The notes beneath the pieces were generated by a model, which did not search any database, was not told the origin of the DNA, and saw only the letters and a list, made by a program, of their open reading frames with translations. Positions 18,831-28,389 of a DNA stretch of 64,000 bases are shown piece after piece (position 1 is the first letter of the stretch; each line of letters starts with the position of its first letter). Where the stretch lies: the NCBI GenBank assembly GCA_947625975.1, contig CANQQL010000002.1:4863-68862 (forward strand), in the 5' to 3' direction. This DNA is from an uncultured Bacilli bacterium (GTDB lineage Bacteria > Bacillota_I > Bacilli_A > RFN20 > CAG-826). A program made the translations under genes and the position numbers.

Positions 18831-19479
18831 TTCCTCCGGATGAATAAGTTATAGGAAACACATTTGAGCCAATTTCGATAATATCATTCGGTTCAAAGAT
18901 AGAATTATCTTTAATTTCTACCCAAATAGCTATAACACATCCTAGTAACAATCCAAATGCCGAAAATAAACTTATAGCCAAAGCATTTGATTTTGCAATG
19001 TTAACGGGCTCACTGGCGGGAAGAAGTATTTGAAATTTCGAGATGTCTTTATCAAATCCATTAACTGAATCCACTACCACTGATTGAGAAACTTCCATAA
19101 ACTCATTTAATACTACTTTTGTAATACTGCTATCTCTATTCGTAAAACTAACCAATACACTTGAATTACTTATAGAAAAAGATAAACCGTCTAAAATTTC
19201 AGTACTGGTTATTCCCACATTATTGCTATGAGTTATATTTTTTTCATTTAAATTATTAACAACCTTGGTATAAATTTTGACATCACTTTTCAAAACACTA
19301 ACAACTTTTGTGTTCGTTGGAAGACTATCAGTAAAAGACTCAAACTGTGCATCTGAACGGTAAATTGGTCTATTAAAGGCTAAGGCATATATAATTCCCA
19401 TTGCTAAAAAGCACACAAGAAAATAAATTATGGTAGCAAATCGTCTTTTAAATGCCCGTAATAACTGCCGAAATGTCAT
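18814..19479 (-). CDS. Wzz/CpsC-like polysaccharide chain-length determinant
   Basis: N-terminal TM helix plus a C-terminal TM helix flanking a roughly 150-aa loop. Overlaps the kinase-like gene by 17 nt. Confidence 0.7.
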   Translation of the reverse strand: MTFRQLLRAFKRRFATIIYFLVCFLAMGIIYALAFNRPIYRSDAQFESFTDSLPTNTKVVSVLKSDVKIYTKVVNNLNEKNITHSNNVGITSTEILDGLSFSISNSSVLVSFTNRDSSITKVVLNEFMEVSQSVVVDSVNGFDKDISKFQILLPASEPVNIAKSNALAISLFSAFGLLLGCVIAIWVEIKDNSIFEPNDIIEIGSNVFPITYSSGGNENEK

Positions 19480-19574
19480 TTCAAAATACTCCTTTCAATT
19501 TTGAATTATTATAACATATCCATTATCAAAAAAATATGCCATATATTTTTTTGCTGTATAGCTTCTTTTTAGCT

Positions 19575-20708
19575 TTACCCAAAATGAAGCGAATAAAGCT
19601 TAAATAATTTTATATTATTTTTTGTTAAAGCCAATTCCAAATCATAATATTTTTTATTTTTTGTTTTAAAGTCATTGAAAAAATTTTTTTTAATTATGCA
19701 TAGTATTGAAAATGATTGTTCCAAAAGTTCTTTTTTTAAAAGAAATAATCGATTATATGAAATAACACAATGCAATAAAAAGTATTCATAAAAGTCTTGA
19801 TCTAATTTTATATTAAACTTTTTACGATCGTCTAATAATTGTAAAAAAATCAAAATAGTATCTATAGATTTTTCATCATAAAGTGCTTTATTGGATAAAC
19901 TCTTTTTATTTATGCGATAATAATAAACACAATTTGGAACAAATTCTATTAACTTTGCAAGTCGATAAACAATCATTTGCATAACCGAATCTTCAAACCA
20001 ATATCCATCTGGAAATTTAATATTTTTAAATAATTCAGACTTAAAAACCTTCCCCCAAGCAAATCCGGGAATTAAATAACGCTCTTGGGACGAATGCTTT
20101 CTATAGTTTGTATTTTCTAATATTTTATTTTTTTCATCTACCTTACAAAAGTTGCCATAAACTACATCAGCATCAGTGGCAAAAGCTTTATGTAACAAAA
20201 TATCAATGGCATTTAATGGCAAAAAATCATCAGAATCCACAAACATTAAGTATTTCGCATTTGATTTTTGAAGACCAATATTTCTTGCTCGCGAAATTCC
20301 TTTGTTTTCTGTTAAAGTTATAATTGTTGCCTTTGAGCTATACTTATTATAAATATTCTGAGATTTATCTGTCGATCCGTTATCTATGACAATTAGTCTA
20401 AATTTATAGGATGATTCTTGTTGAAAAATACTTTTTAAACATTCGTCCAAATACTTTTCCCCGTTATAAATTGGCATGATAATATCTAGATCATAAACTT
20501 TTTTATTTTCATTTTTATTGTCTAGGGCAAAACTCGTTCCTTTATTTTCTCTACTTAATTTCTTATATTCCAATAAATTTACACTTGTAGGAGATTTTTT
20601 ATTACAATTTTTTATAAATAATTTTTTAAAACTATAATAAAAATATCCGATATGCAGCTTATTCAAAATATTTATAATATGACGTCTTAATTTCATAAAT
20701 CTTCTCAT
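19575..20708 (-). CDS. Glycosyltransferase family 2
   Basis: IIMPIYNGEKYLDECLKSI...LIVIDNGSTD...FVDSDD (DxD). Confidence 0.88.
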   Translation of the reverse strand: MRRFMKLRRHIINILNKLHIGYFYYSFKKLFIKNCNKKSPTSVNLLEYKKLSRENKGTSFALDNKNENKKVYDLDIIMPIYNGEKYLDECLKSIFQQESSYKFRLIVIDNGSTDKSQNIYNKYSSKATIITLTENKGISRARNIGLQKSNAKYLMFVDSDDFLPLNAIDILLHKAFATDADVVYGNFCKVDEKNKILENTNYRKHSSQERYLIPGFAWGKVFKSELFKNIKFPDGYWFEDSVMQMIVYRLAKLIEFVPNCVYYYRINKKSLSNKALYDEKSIDTILIFLQLLDDRKKFNIKLDQDFYEYFLLHCVISYNRLFLLKKELLEQSFSILCIIKKNFFNDFKTKNKKYYDLELALTKNNIKLFKLYSLHFG

Positions 20709-20711
20709 AGT

Positions 20712-22214
20712 TTATTTTTCCTTTGATAAGTTTGCTTCTTTTTTATTAAATTTAGTGTGTAAAAATTTTTTTATTTGGGACAAAATCTGCATTAATAACT
20801 CATCCTTTAATAAAAGTAAAGCTATAAAATAAATTAATACTCCTAAAACGACTTCAATTATAAAGCATAAATAATTTTTTAATTCAAGTACATTACGTAA
20901 AACAAAGCCAAAACCAAAAACAGAAATAAGCATTATAAGGGCAGATATGATTGATTTGTATGATAATTTAAATATTGAAGATACTTTTAAATATTTATGT
21001 TTCCAACAATAAACTATAAAATAGACTAGAATGATTAATTCTGCCAATATGGATGAAATTGCCGCACCATATGATCCAAGCCAAGGAATAAGTAGTAGTG
21101 TAGCTATACAATTAAATATTGCTGCACAAACTTGTCCGATATTTGATTTTGCTTGTAACCCAAATGGTGTAAAGATAATTGATTCGATACAAGATCTTAA
21201 AGAAATAATAAGTATTATAGGAGCTAAAATAATTAACAGATATTTTACTTTATCATAATCCATACCAAAGAAAAAAGGTACAAAATCAAATGAAACACAG
21301 ATAATTCCAAATGAGATTGGCAAAGCAATTAGCAATATAAACCTTATCGATAAATCGATATTTTGATTTATGGCCTTCACATCTTTCTTCGCAAATAAAT
21401 AAGCCATTCTAGATCTAATGACTAATGTATAGGCATTTAAAAACATCATACACATATTTATTATTTTATTTGCCTGTTCATAGAATCCTGTTTCTTCTTC
21501 TGAAGAAAATGCACCTAATATTACTTTATCGATTAATGCATAAAATTGATAGGCAATTGTCGGTACAAAATATACCATTACTTCTTTTAAATGTTTCTTT
21601 AAATTTAATTCTTTAAGATTAACTTTTGCAACAATCTTTTTCAATTTAAGCCAAAGCGATAAATTACCAAGTAATTGCGTAGAAGATAAAATTAAAATAT
21701 AAAGCCATAAATCTTCTTTCTTACTAATAAATAAAAAAATCAATACCACACCCAAAATTTTAAAAATACCATTTTTTAGAGCAATGTTTTTAAATTTTTC
21801 TAGTCCTTGATATAACCATTCTATATCTAAAATAGCAGAAATAAAGTATGGAATTTGCAGTAATAAAAATAATCTATATTCAGTGTATATTGATGCAATT
21901 ACTAGAAACAAAATAAGTGATATACCTAGAAATATTACTCTTAAGAAAAATATTTCGTAAAAAACTTTCGAATATTTATCCTTATTATCAGAATCCATAG
22001 CAATTATACGTTGTGCATGAGTTGCTGTACCAAGTCCTCCAGTTAGCATAAACATGGTAACGATTGAAAAGGTATAGCTGTATATTCCTATACCATCTGG
22101 CATTAAAATACGCGAAAGAATAGGAGTTGTAATAATAGGTATTATAGCTTCAATAAGTGTAACTATTAAATTAAAAATATAATTTTTACCTAAGTCACTT
22201 GTTTTCTTTATCAT
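20712..22214 (-). CDS. wzx: Wzx-type oligosaccharide flippase (MOP superfamily)
   Basis: 500 aa with about 14 TM helices. N-terminal ILSRILMPDGIGIYS is typical of polysaccharide biosynthesis flippases. Confidence 0.8.
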   Translation of the reverse strand: MIKKTSDLGKNYIFNLIVTLIEAIIPIITTPILSRILMPDGIGIYSYTFSIVTMFMLTGGLGTATHAQRIIAMDSDNKDKYSKVFYEIFFLRVIFLGISLILFLVIASIYTEYRLFLLLQIPYFISAILDIEWLYQGLEKFKNIALKNGIFKILGVVLIFLFISKKEDLWLYILILSSTQLLGNLSLWLKLKKIVAKVNLKELNLKKHLKEVMVYFVPTIAYQFYALIDKVILGAFSSEEETGFYEQANKIINMCMMFLNAYTLVIRSRMAYLFAKKDVKAINQNIDLSIRFILLIALPISFGIICVSFDFVPFFFGMDYDKVKYLLIILAPIILIISLRSCIESIIFTPFGLQAKSNIGQVCAAIFNCIATLLLIPWLGSYGAAISSILAELIILVYFIVYCWKHKYLKVSSIFKLSYKSIISALIMLISVFGFGFVLRNVLELKNYLCFIIEVVLGVLIYFIALLLLKDELLMQILSQIKKFLHTKFNKKEANLSKEK

Positions 22215-23587
22215 ATTGCAACATTAGCTCCTATGTAACTACTCATACTTTTCTCACCTTGTATATTATTTTCTGGGTAGGCATTCTCTTTCATAATTAA
22301 AAAACATAATAATATTATAAATTGCGTTATGTCTTCTCGAAAAATAGCGATTGTTTGTGAAAAGCACAGAAATACTAAGAGAGGAATCAAACGATTGTAG
22401 TCTTTATTTAATTTGAAATTAAAATTCGGACTAAAAATGTCCAAATAAATGCTCAATAATAAAATAAAACCAATTAATCCATATCCGCATATTATTTCTA
22501 ATATAATATTATGTGTTATCATCGCTTCGCCAGTGATAGAAATAACATTTATATTGTAAAAATTAATATAAGAGAATAATCCCGTACCAAAAAAACATTG
22601 TAATGGATGATTTAATAAACCATTTATATAAGACGCGTAAATTTCAAAACGTCCTGTGGTAATTTCATTAATATTTGATAAATCCCCGAATCTATTTAAC
22701 GTAGTTATTAAGAGTGTTTTTGTTTGAGGTACCACCAAAATCGTAATAATTACCAAAATTAATAATGAAAATAGTATTTTCATTCTTTTTATGTATTGAA
22801 TATTAAAAGCTAGCAATAATATTGCCCAAATTATGAGTAACAAAAAGTACGTTTTAGATGTCATTAATGCTCCAGCATATAATGAAATAATCGCACATAC
22901 AGTGAGAAATGGTATCAAATATTTTTTATACTTAATAAACAATTTTTCTTCTTGAATTTTTTTATCCAAGAAAACATACGTTGAACAAGTCGCAGTTAAT
23001 AAACAATATAATGAAAAAGTATTTTTATCTAATGTCGATAAAGCCCCACTCAAAGATTGAATAGCCGCATTCTCTATTGTCAAAGAATTTAATATCACAG
23101 CCACTTCCATGATTATACTACCTAAACATAAAAATAAAATTGCCGGCAATTTCCTTATTTTTATAGTATTGTCATACATTAGGTCAATAGCTAAAAATAT
23201 CGATAAAACCCATTTAATTAAATATGAAATACTAGTAGAATTTCCAACAATCAAATAAGCAAAAATTTCGTATACCAATAAGAATACAGCCACACTTATA
23301 GCTTTAATATTTAACTTGTTTTTCTTAAGGATTAATTGCATTAAAATTGATAAGGTAATAACATTGTAAAAGGCAAAACCAAATATAAAAATATATAAAT
23401 AAAATTGCATAAAAAAGAATAAACAATATATTTTGTGCTCCAAAGGCATATATATAATGACTATAAACATTAAGATAGATATTACACTCAATACACTATC
23501 TGGTAATAACTTAAAATATTTTAGAGATATATATAGTAGTGTAAAAATTAGAAGAATTATCCACTTTAAAACATTTGACTTTTTCAT
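22211..23587 (-). CDS. wzy: Wzy-type polysaccharide polymerase / O-antigen ligase-like membrane protein
   Basis: 458 aa, polytopic, with one larger loop. 4-nt overlaps with both neighbours. The position in the locus fits. Confidence 0.65.
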   Translation of the reverse strand: MKKSNVLKWIILLIFTLLYISLKYFKLLPDSVLSVISILMFIVIIYMPLEHKIYCLFFFMQFYLYIFIFGFAFYNVITLSILMQLILKKNKLNIKAISVAVFLLVYEIFAYLIVGNSTSISYLIKWVLSIFLAIDLMYDNTIKIRKLPAILFLCLGSIIMEVAVILNSLTIENAAIQSLSGALSTLDKNTFSLYCLLTATCSTYVFLDKKIQEEKLFIKYKKYLIPFLTVCAIISLYAGALMTSKTYFLLLIIWAILLLAFNIQYIKRMKILFSLLILVIITILVVPQTKTLLITTLNRFGDLSNINEITTGRFEIYASYINGLLNHPLQCFFGTGLFSYINFYNINVISITGEAMITHNIILEIICGYGLIGFILLLSIYLDIFSPNFNFKLNKDYNRLIPLLVFLCFSQTIAIFREDITQFIILLCFLIMKENAYPENNIQGEKSMSSYIGANVAI

Positions 23588-24681
23588 GATAAATTCCTCT
23601 TATTTGAATATTTTAAATATAATGCTTCATATTGTTTCGTAATTGTATCTATATCATATTTACGTGAATTTTTAACTGATTTTGTACTAAACAAGTTTCT
23701 TTTTTCATTATCTCTATAAAGAGTTATCATAGCGTTTAATAGCTCCTCTTGAGAGTTTGAATTTACTAAAATGCCATTTTCACGAACAATATCTGCAACT
23801 CCTCCAACATTAGTGGATATAATCGGTAACCCACAAGCCATTGCTTCTAGTATTGTCATTGGCAATCCTTCATATATTGAAGACAAAACAAAAACATCTG
23901 CCTTTGCATAAAAATCTTCAATATTAATAACATTTCCTATAAATTCAATGTGACTTTCAATGTTGTTTTTACAAGCATAATTTACCAATTCATCTCTTAA
24001 ATCACCATCACCTGCAAAAATTAACTTAACAGAATTATGCAATTTTAAAAAATCATTAAATGCTTTTAACAATAAAATTTGATTTTTTTGTTCTTCCATT
24101 CTTCCTACCGTTATAAATGTAAATGTTTCATGATCCTTTTTATTATTAAAATTAAATCTTTTTAAATCAACAAAATTATAAATTGTTTCAGCAGTTTTTA
24201 TTTTATAAAAATCTTTTAATTGCTTAGTAATAATATCGGAAATTCCCACCGGTATAGCTTTTTTCAGTTTAAATAGTATTTTTAAAATAAGTTTGCCACT
24301 TTTTTTTGATTCATAAATTGGCATATTATGCACTGTATGCAAAACCTTTACTTTATGAAATAAAACATATGGAAATAAATATGCATAGATATGCAAATGA
24401 GTATGAATAACATTTGGCCTTATTTTTTTTAAAATTTGTGACATTTTAAAAATTGCTCTTAAATTGATGCCCTTATTTTCGTCAAGTGAAATAATATTAA
24501 TATTTTCAATTTTTTCTAGTAAAGCCTTAGCTTCATTTTGAAAAAGTGTACGCTTAGCGATAAGATAAACATCAAATTTGCTTTTATCAATATGCTTTAC
24601 AAGTTGAGTGACCATTGTTTCGGCACCGCCAAAACATAGACCTGGAATTACTATAGCTACTTTTAACTTTTTCAAAATCAT
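23584..24681 (-). CDS. Glycosyltransferase family 4 (GT-B)
   Basis: FVLSSIYEGLPMTILEAMACGLPIISTNVGG (EX7E region). The ATG at 24681 is preferred over the TTG at 24690. Confidence 0.88.
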   Translation of the reverse strand: MILKKLKVAIVIPGLCFGGAETMVTQLVKHIDKSKFDVYLIAKRTLFQNEAKALLEKIENINIISLDENKGINLRAIFKMSQILKKIRPNVIHTHLHIYAYLFPYVLFHKVKVLHTVHNMPIYESKKSGKLILKILFKLKKAIPVGISDIITKQLKDFYKIKTAETIYNFVDLKRFNFNNKKDHETFTFITVGRMEEQKNQILLLKAFNDFLKLHNSVKLIFAGDGDLRDELVNYACKNNIESHIEFIGNVINIEDFYAKADVFVLSSIYEGLPMTILEAMACGLPIISTNVGGVADIVRENGILVNSNSQEELLNAMITLYRDNEKRNLFSTKSVKNSRKYDIDTITKQYEALYLKYSNKRNLS

Positions 24682-24820
24682 CAACCCCAAGTTTTTTATA
24701 ATTATAACATATATAAAGTAACAATTTAAGAAAAATAGTCTCTTTTATTAAGCAATTAATTTCATGTTGGATTGAAAATGCTAACTAACTAAAGCTCATT
24801 AAATATTCTTTTTTGTAATT

Positions 24821-25546
24821 TTAACGTGCTTCATTAAACTTAAATAACACTACTACTGTCAAAAGTATTAATTTAATATCAAACCAAATACTCCTTAACT
24901 TAAAATATTCTAACTCCAAAGTTTGTCGCTTTCGGGAATTATAAGAGACCATACTTCGACCATGAGTTTGCCAATAACCCGTTAATCCCGGACGGGCACA
25001 TAAAAGTATTGCTCTTTCGTTTTCAGAATAATTTTCATATAATTCTTGCTCACATATCGGTCTCGGTCCCACAAACGACATTGATCCAAATAAGATATTG
25101 AATAATTGCGGTAATTCATCAATAGACGTTTTTCGTAAAATTCGTCCAAGTTTTGTAATTCTTGGATCATTTTCTAATTTTCTTTCGATGCACCAAGTCT
25201 CATAATCTTCCTTACTTAAATATTCTTTAATACGCTTTTCAGCATCTATGTACATAGTTCTAAATTTATAAACAATAATAGGCTTTCCATTCTTTCCTAT
25301 ACGCTTATCCTTAAATAAAATTGGGCCACGCGATGTCAGTTTTACTATGATAGCTACAATTAAAAATAATGGAGAAAGAATGATAATGGCAATGAGTGAA
25401 GCAAATATATCAAAAATTCGTTTAAAAAACTCATAAATTTTTCCACCTTTAACAACAAATTTTTCAATTTCCACTTTATTAATTTCACTTGTTGTTTTTA
25501 TTTTTGTCGCAATTCCTCCATCTTGCTCTTGACATTTTTCTACCAT
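24821..25546 (-). CDS. Polyprenyl-phosphate sugar phosphotransferase (initiating 'bacterial sugar transferase', CpsE/WbaP C-terminal type)
   Basis: FKRIFDIFASLIAIIILSPLFLIVAIIVKLTSRGPILFKDKRIGKNGKPIIVYKFRTM...DELPQLFNIL...GPRP. Confidence 0.9.
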   Translation of the reverse strand: MVEKCQEQDGGIATKIKTTSEINKVEIEKFVVKGGKIYEFFKRIFDIFASLIAIIILSPLFLIVAIIVKLTSRGPILFKDKRIGKNGKPIIVYKFRTMYIDAEKRIKEYLSKEDYETWCIERKLENDPRITKLGRILRKTSIDELPQLFNILFGSMSFVGPRPICEQELYENYSENERAILLCARPGLTGYWQTHGRSMVSYNSRKRQTLELEYFKLRSIWFDIKLILLTVVVLFKFNEAR

Positions 25547-25590
25547 AAGTAACCTACTTTCTAATCATTTTCAACAAATAATTATCCATA

Positions 25591-25613
25591 TATGAATATA
25601 TTATATATTCATA
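25591..25613. promoter_or_regulatory. 11-1-11 perfect palindrome in the divergent control region of the polysaccharide locus
   Basis: TATGAATATAT-T-ATATATTCATA. Verified base by base; only the central base is asymmetric. Confidence 0.35.
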
Positions 25614-25757
25614 ATTAATACAAGCAATTGAATTTGTTTTTTCACTTTTTGTCAAATAAAGGCTATTTTTAAAATGACAAAAATCAAGAAATCATAACAA
25701 ATTTTCAATTACCTATTTATATCAATGCTTTTACGTATTGATATAAAAAATTGCACA

Positions 25758-25766
25758 TGATAAAAT
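25758..25766 (+). promoter_or_regulatory. Extended -10 element (TGATAAAAT) upstream of the plus-strand GT gene
   Basis: TGnTAAAAT, 52 nt upstream of the ATG at 25818. Confidence 0.3.
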
Positions 25767-25817
25767 TTGTTCGAAATAAGCGAGTATTTTTTTTCAACCA
25801 AATAGCGAGGTTACAAA

Positions 25818-26987
25818 ATGAAAATTTTATATTTTTTAGATAGTATCAACAATGCTGGCGGTATACAGGAACAAATAGTTAGATGGCTTCAAATTCTAAA
25901 TAAAAAAAATCAAATAGATATTTTAGGTTATTATTCCACAAATTCAAAAGGAGAAAAATTAAATACTGAGCAAAATTATATTAAAAGGCTTAATAAATTA
26001 GGTAGCCAAGTCTATTTAATTGATCCTTTCAAAAAAGGTTATTTTATAAAATGTATAAAACAAACTAAAAATTTTTTTAAAGAACATTGTGATTACGATA
26101 TTATTGAAGTTCACGGTTCTAGTAAATGCTATCACATTTTAAAATACGCCAAAAAATATGGGATAAAAGTAAGAATTGCTCATTCGCATTGCACACAGTT
26201 TCAAACTAAAAACAAGTTTAAAATTTTTATTGGAAATATTTTAAAAAGGAGTTACGCACGTTTAGCAACAACATATTTTGCTTGTTCTACTGAGGCCGGA
26301 AAATGGTTATTTTCTAATAAAATTATAAATTCTTCTAATTTTTATATAATAAACAATGCACTTGATTTAAATAAATTCTTTTTTTCCGAGACACTACGCT
26401 TAGAGACAAGAAATAATTTAAACATAAATAGTTCAAAAGTTATTTTGCATATTGGAAGATTTATGTATCAAAAAAATCATAGTTTCTTAATTGATATATT
26501 TAATGAACTTCATAAAATCGATAATAATTACTATCTTATATTATTAGGTGATAGCGTTGATGGAGACACTACTTTCAAAGAGCATATAATCCAAAAGGTT
26601 ACAAACTACAACCTTAGTAATTCTGTTTTATTTGCCGGCGTTCAAGAAGAAGTTAATAAATTTTTGAATGCTGCTGATTTATTTCTCTTACCATCCCATT
26701 ATGAAGGCCTACCAATTGTTTGTTTGGAAGCACAGGCCACTGGCTTACCATGTCTTTTATCCGATGTAATATCTTCCGAAACTAAAATCACCTCCTTAGT
26801 TTCTTTTTATTCTTTAAAGAACTCTGCTAAAGAATGGGCGCAAAAAATAGATGCGATTATTAAAAATTCGCCAAAACGATGTAATCATTCTGAAGAATTT
26901 GTATCCGCTAATTATGAAATTGTTTCAAGTACGCTAAATTTACAAAATTTATATAAAAAATTAATTAAAGAAAATAATCTTCATTAA
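25818..26987 (+). CDS. Glycosyltransferase family 4 (GT-B)
   Basis: LLPSHYEGLPIVCLEAQATGLPCLLSD (EX7E region). AGCGAGG RBS. Confidence 0.88.
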   Translation: MKILYFLDSINNAGGIQEQIVRWLQILNKKNQIDILGYYSTNSKGEKLNTEQNYIKRLNKLGSQVYLIDPFKKGYFIKCIKQTKNFFKEHCDYDIIEVHGSSKCYHILKYAKKYGIKVRIAHSHCTQFQTKNKFKIFIGNILKRSYARLATTYFACSTEAGKWLFSNKIINSSNFYIINNALDLNKFFFSETLRLETRNNLNINSSKVILHIGRFMYQKNHSFLIDIFNELHKIDNNYYLILLGDSVDGDTTFKEHIIQKVTNYNLSNSVLFAGVQEEVNKFLNAADLFLLPSHYEGLPIVCLEAQATGLPCLLSDVISSETKITSLVSFYSLKNSAKEWAQKIDAIIKNSPKRCNHSEEFVSANYEIVSSTLNLQNLYKKLIKENNLH

Positions 26988-27108
26988 AATAAATAAGTAG
27001 TCATAAGGTTTCAATAGCATAATAAATTCTTACTTATAAAACTTATAAAAAAGTATTAAATTTAATCACAATTTCTTGCTTACTAAATACACTACTATAG
27101 GTGATTTT

Positions 27109-28110
27109 ATGAAAAAGATTAAATACTTTTTATTATCAGCATTTCTAGTTTTACCATTGTCATTGTTAAACTCTTGTAATGACGATGGTCTTACTCATAT
27201 TACGATTGCTGAAGTAACGCATTCCTTGTTCTATGCCCCTCAATACATTGCTATAAACAAGGGATATTTTGAAGATGAAGGATTAAAAGTAGATGTAATT
27301 ACTACTCCTGGTGCCGATAAAACGATGGCGGCTTTACTTTCTAAAGAAGCTCAAATTGGCTTAATGGGACCAGAAGCAAGTGTTTATGTATACCAAAATG
27401 GACAAAAAGATTACGCTATTAATTTTGCTCAATTAACACAAAAAGATGGATCATTTATCTTAGGACGTGATCCTATTGAAAACTTTGATTACACCATGAT
27501 GCGTGGCAAAACGGTAATCGGTGGTCGTAAAGGTGGTATGCCTTTAATGATTCTAGAATATATTTTAAAACGCGCTGGATTAGATATTGGAGAAGATGAT
27601 CCAACTAAAGAAGTAAATGTCAGAACCGATGTTTCCTTTGATGCAATGTCAGGAGTATTTGTCGCCGGAGAATCTGATTTTGTTACAGCATTCGAACCAA
27701 CGGCATCACAAGTAGTTCGGTCTGGAAAAGGACATATTCTTACTTCTCTTGGCGAAGATTCCGGAGTTATTCCATATACATGTTATTCAACTTTGAAATC
27801 TTATATGGATAATAATGAAGAAATATTAAAAAAATTTACTCGTGCATTACAAAAAGGAATTGATTATGTTTTAAATAACACTATAGAAGACATTATTCCG
27901 CTTTTAAGAAAAGATTTTACCTCCAGTGATGATGAAGAATTAACCACTGTTATGAATAACTATCTTGGCATTGAGGCCTGGCCTACTAGTCTTCGTTTTA
28001 ATAAAGACAATTTTGATAAACTAATTGAAATTGTAAAAATGGCTGGTCAATTAAATGAAGAGGCCGTGGTTCCTTATGATAAATTAGTTACTAATGCTTA
28101 TATTAGTTAA
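27109..28110 (+). CDS. ABC transporter substrate-binding lipoprotein (NMT1/THI5-like, NitT/TauT family)
   Basis: Lipobox LLNSC. HSLFYAPQYIA...GYFEDEGL is typical of the NMT1 fold. AGGTGA RBS before the ATG at 27109. Confidence 0.85.
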   Translation: MKKIKYFLLSAFLVLPLSLLNSCNDDGLTHITIAEVTHSLFYAPQYIAINKGYFEDEGLKVDVITTPGADKTMAALLSKEAQIGLMGPEASVYVYQNGQKDYAINFAQLTQKDGSFILGRDPIENFDYTMMRGKTVIGGRKGGMPLMILEYILKRAGLDIGEDDPTKEVNVRTDVSFDAMSGVFVAGESDFVTAFEPTASQVVRSGKGHILTSLGEDSGVIPYTCYSTLKSYMDNNEEILKKFTRALQKGIDYVLNNTIEDIIPLLRKDFTSSDDEELTTVMNNYLGIEAWPTSLRFNKDNFDKLIEIVKMAGQLNEEAVVPYDKLVTNAYIS

Positions 28111-28287
28111 TTGAAGAATCTTAGGTAAACGCATATTTTTATAATGTTATTTAAATAGGGGCTGTTTAGAAATTAAAAAGTTTCAAGCCTCTTTTTTTAT
28201 ACTTACAGTTTTAAAATGTTAGGGCTTATTAACTATGAGAAAAGAGAATTGTTACCAATATAGAAAATTAATTGAATGCAACATAAA

Positions 28288-28324
28288 AGGACAACCATCA
28301 AATAAGTTGTCCTATTGTTTTTTC
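28288..28324 (+). terminator. Hairpin terminator downstream of the binding-protein gene
   Basis: AGGACAAC-(10 nt)-GTTGTCCT, followed by TATTGTTTTTT. Confidence 0.5.
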
Positions 28325-28389
28325 TAAAGTAGTGATAAAACTTTAAATCTATGTAAACAAGTAAAAGTTAGTTTAAATCGAATCTTAAT

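Noticed and set aside
19528-19552. Hairpin AAAAAAATAT-gccat-ATATTTTTTT between the GT2 and Wzz genes
   Set aside because: The stem is made only of A-T pairs and A/T runs. It is thermodynamically weak and is expected by chance in DNA of about 20% GC, so I do not call it a terminator or attenuator.
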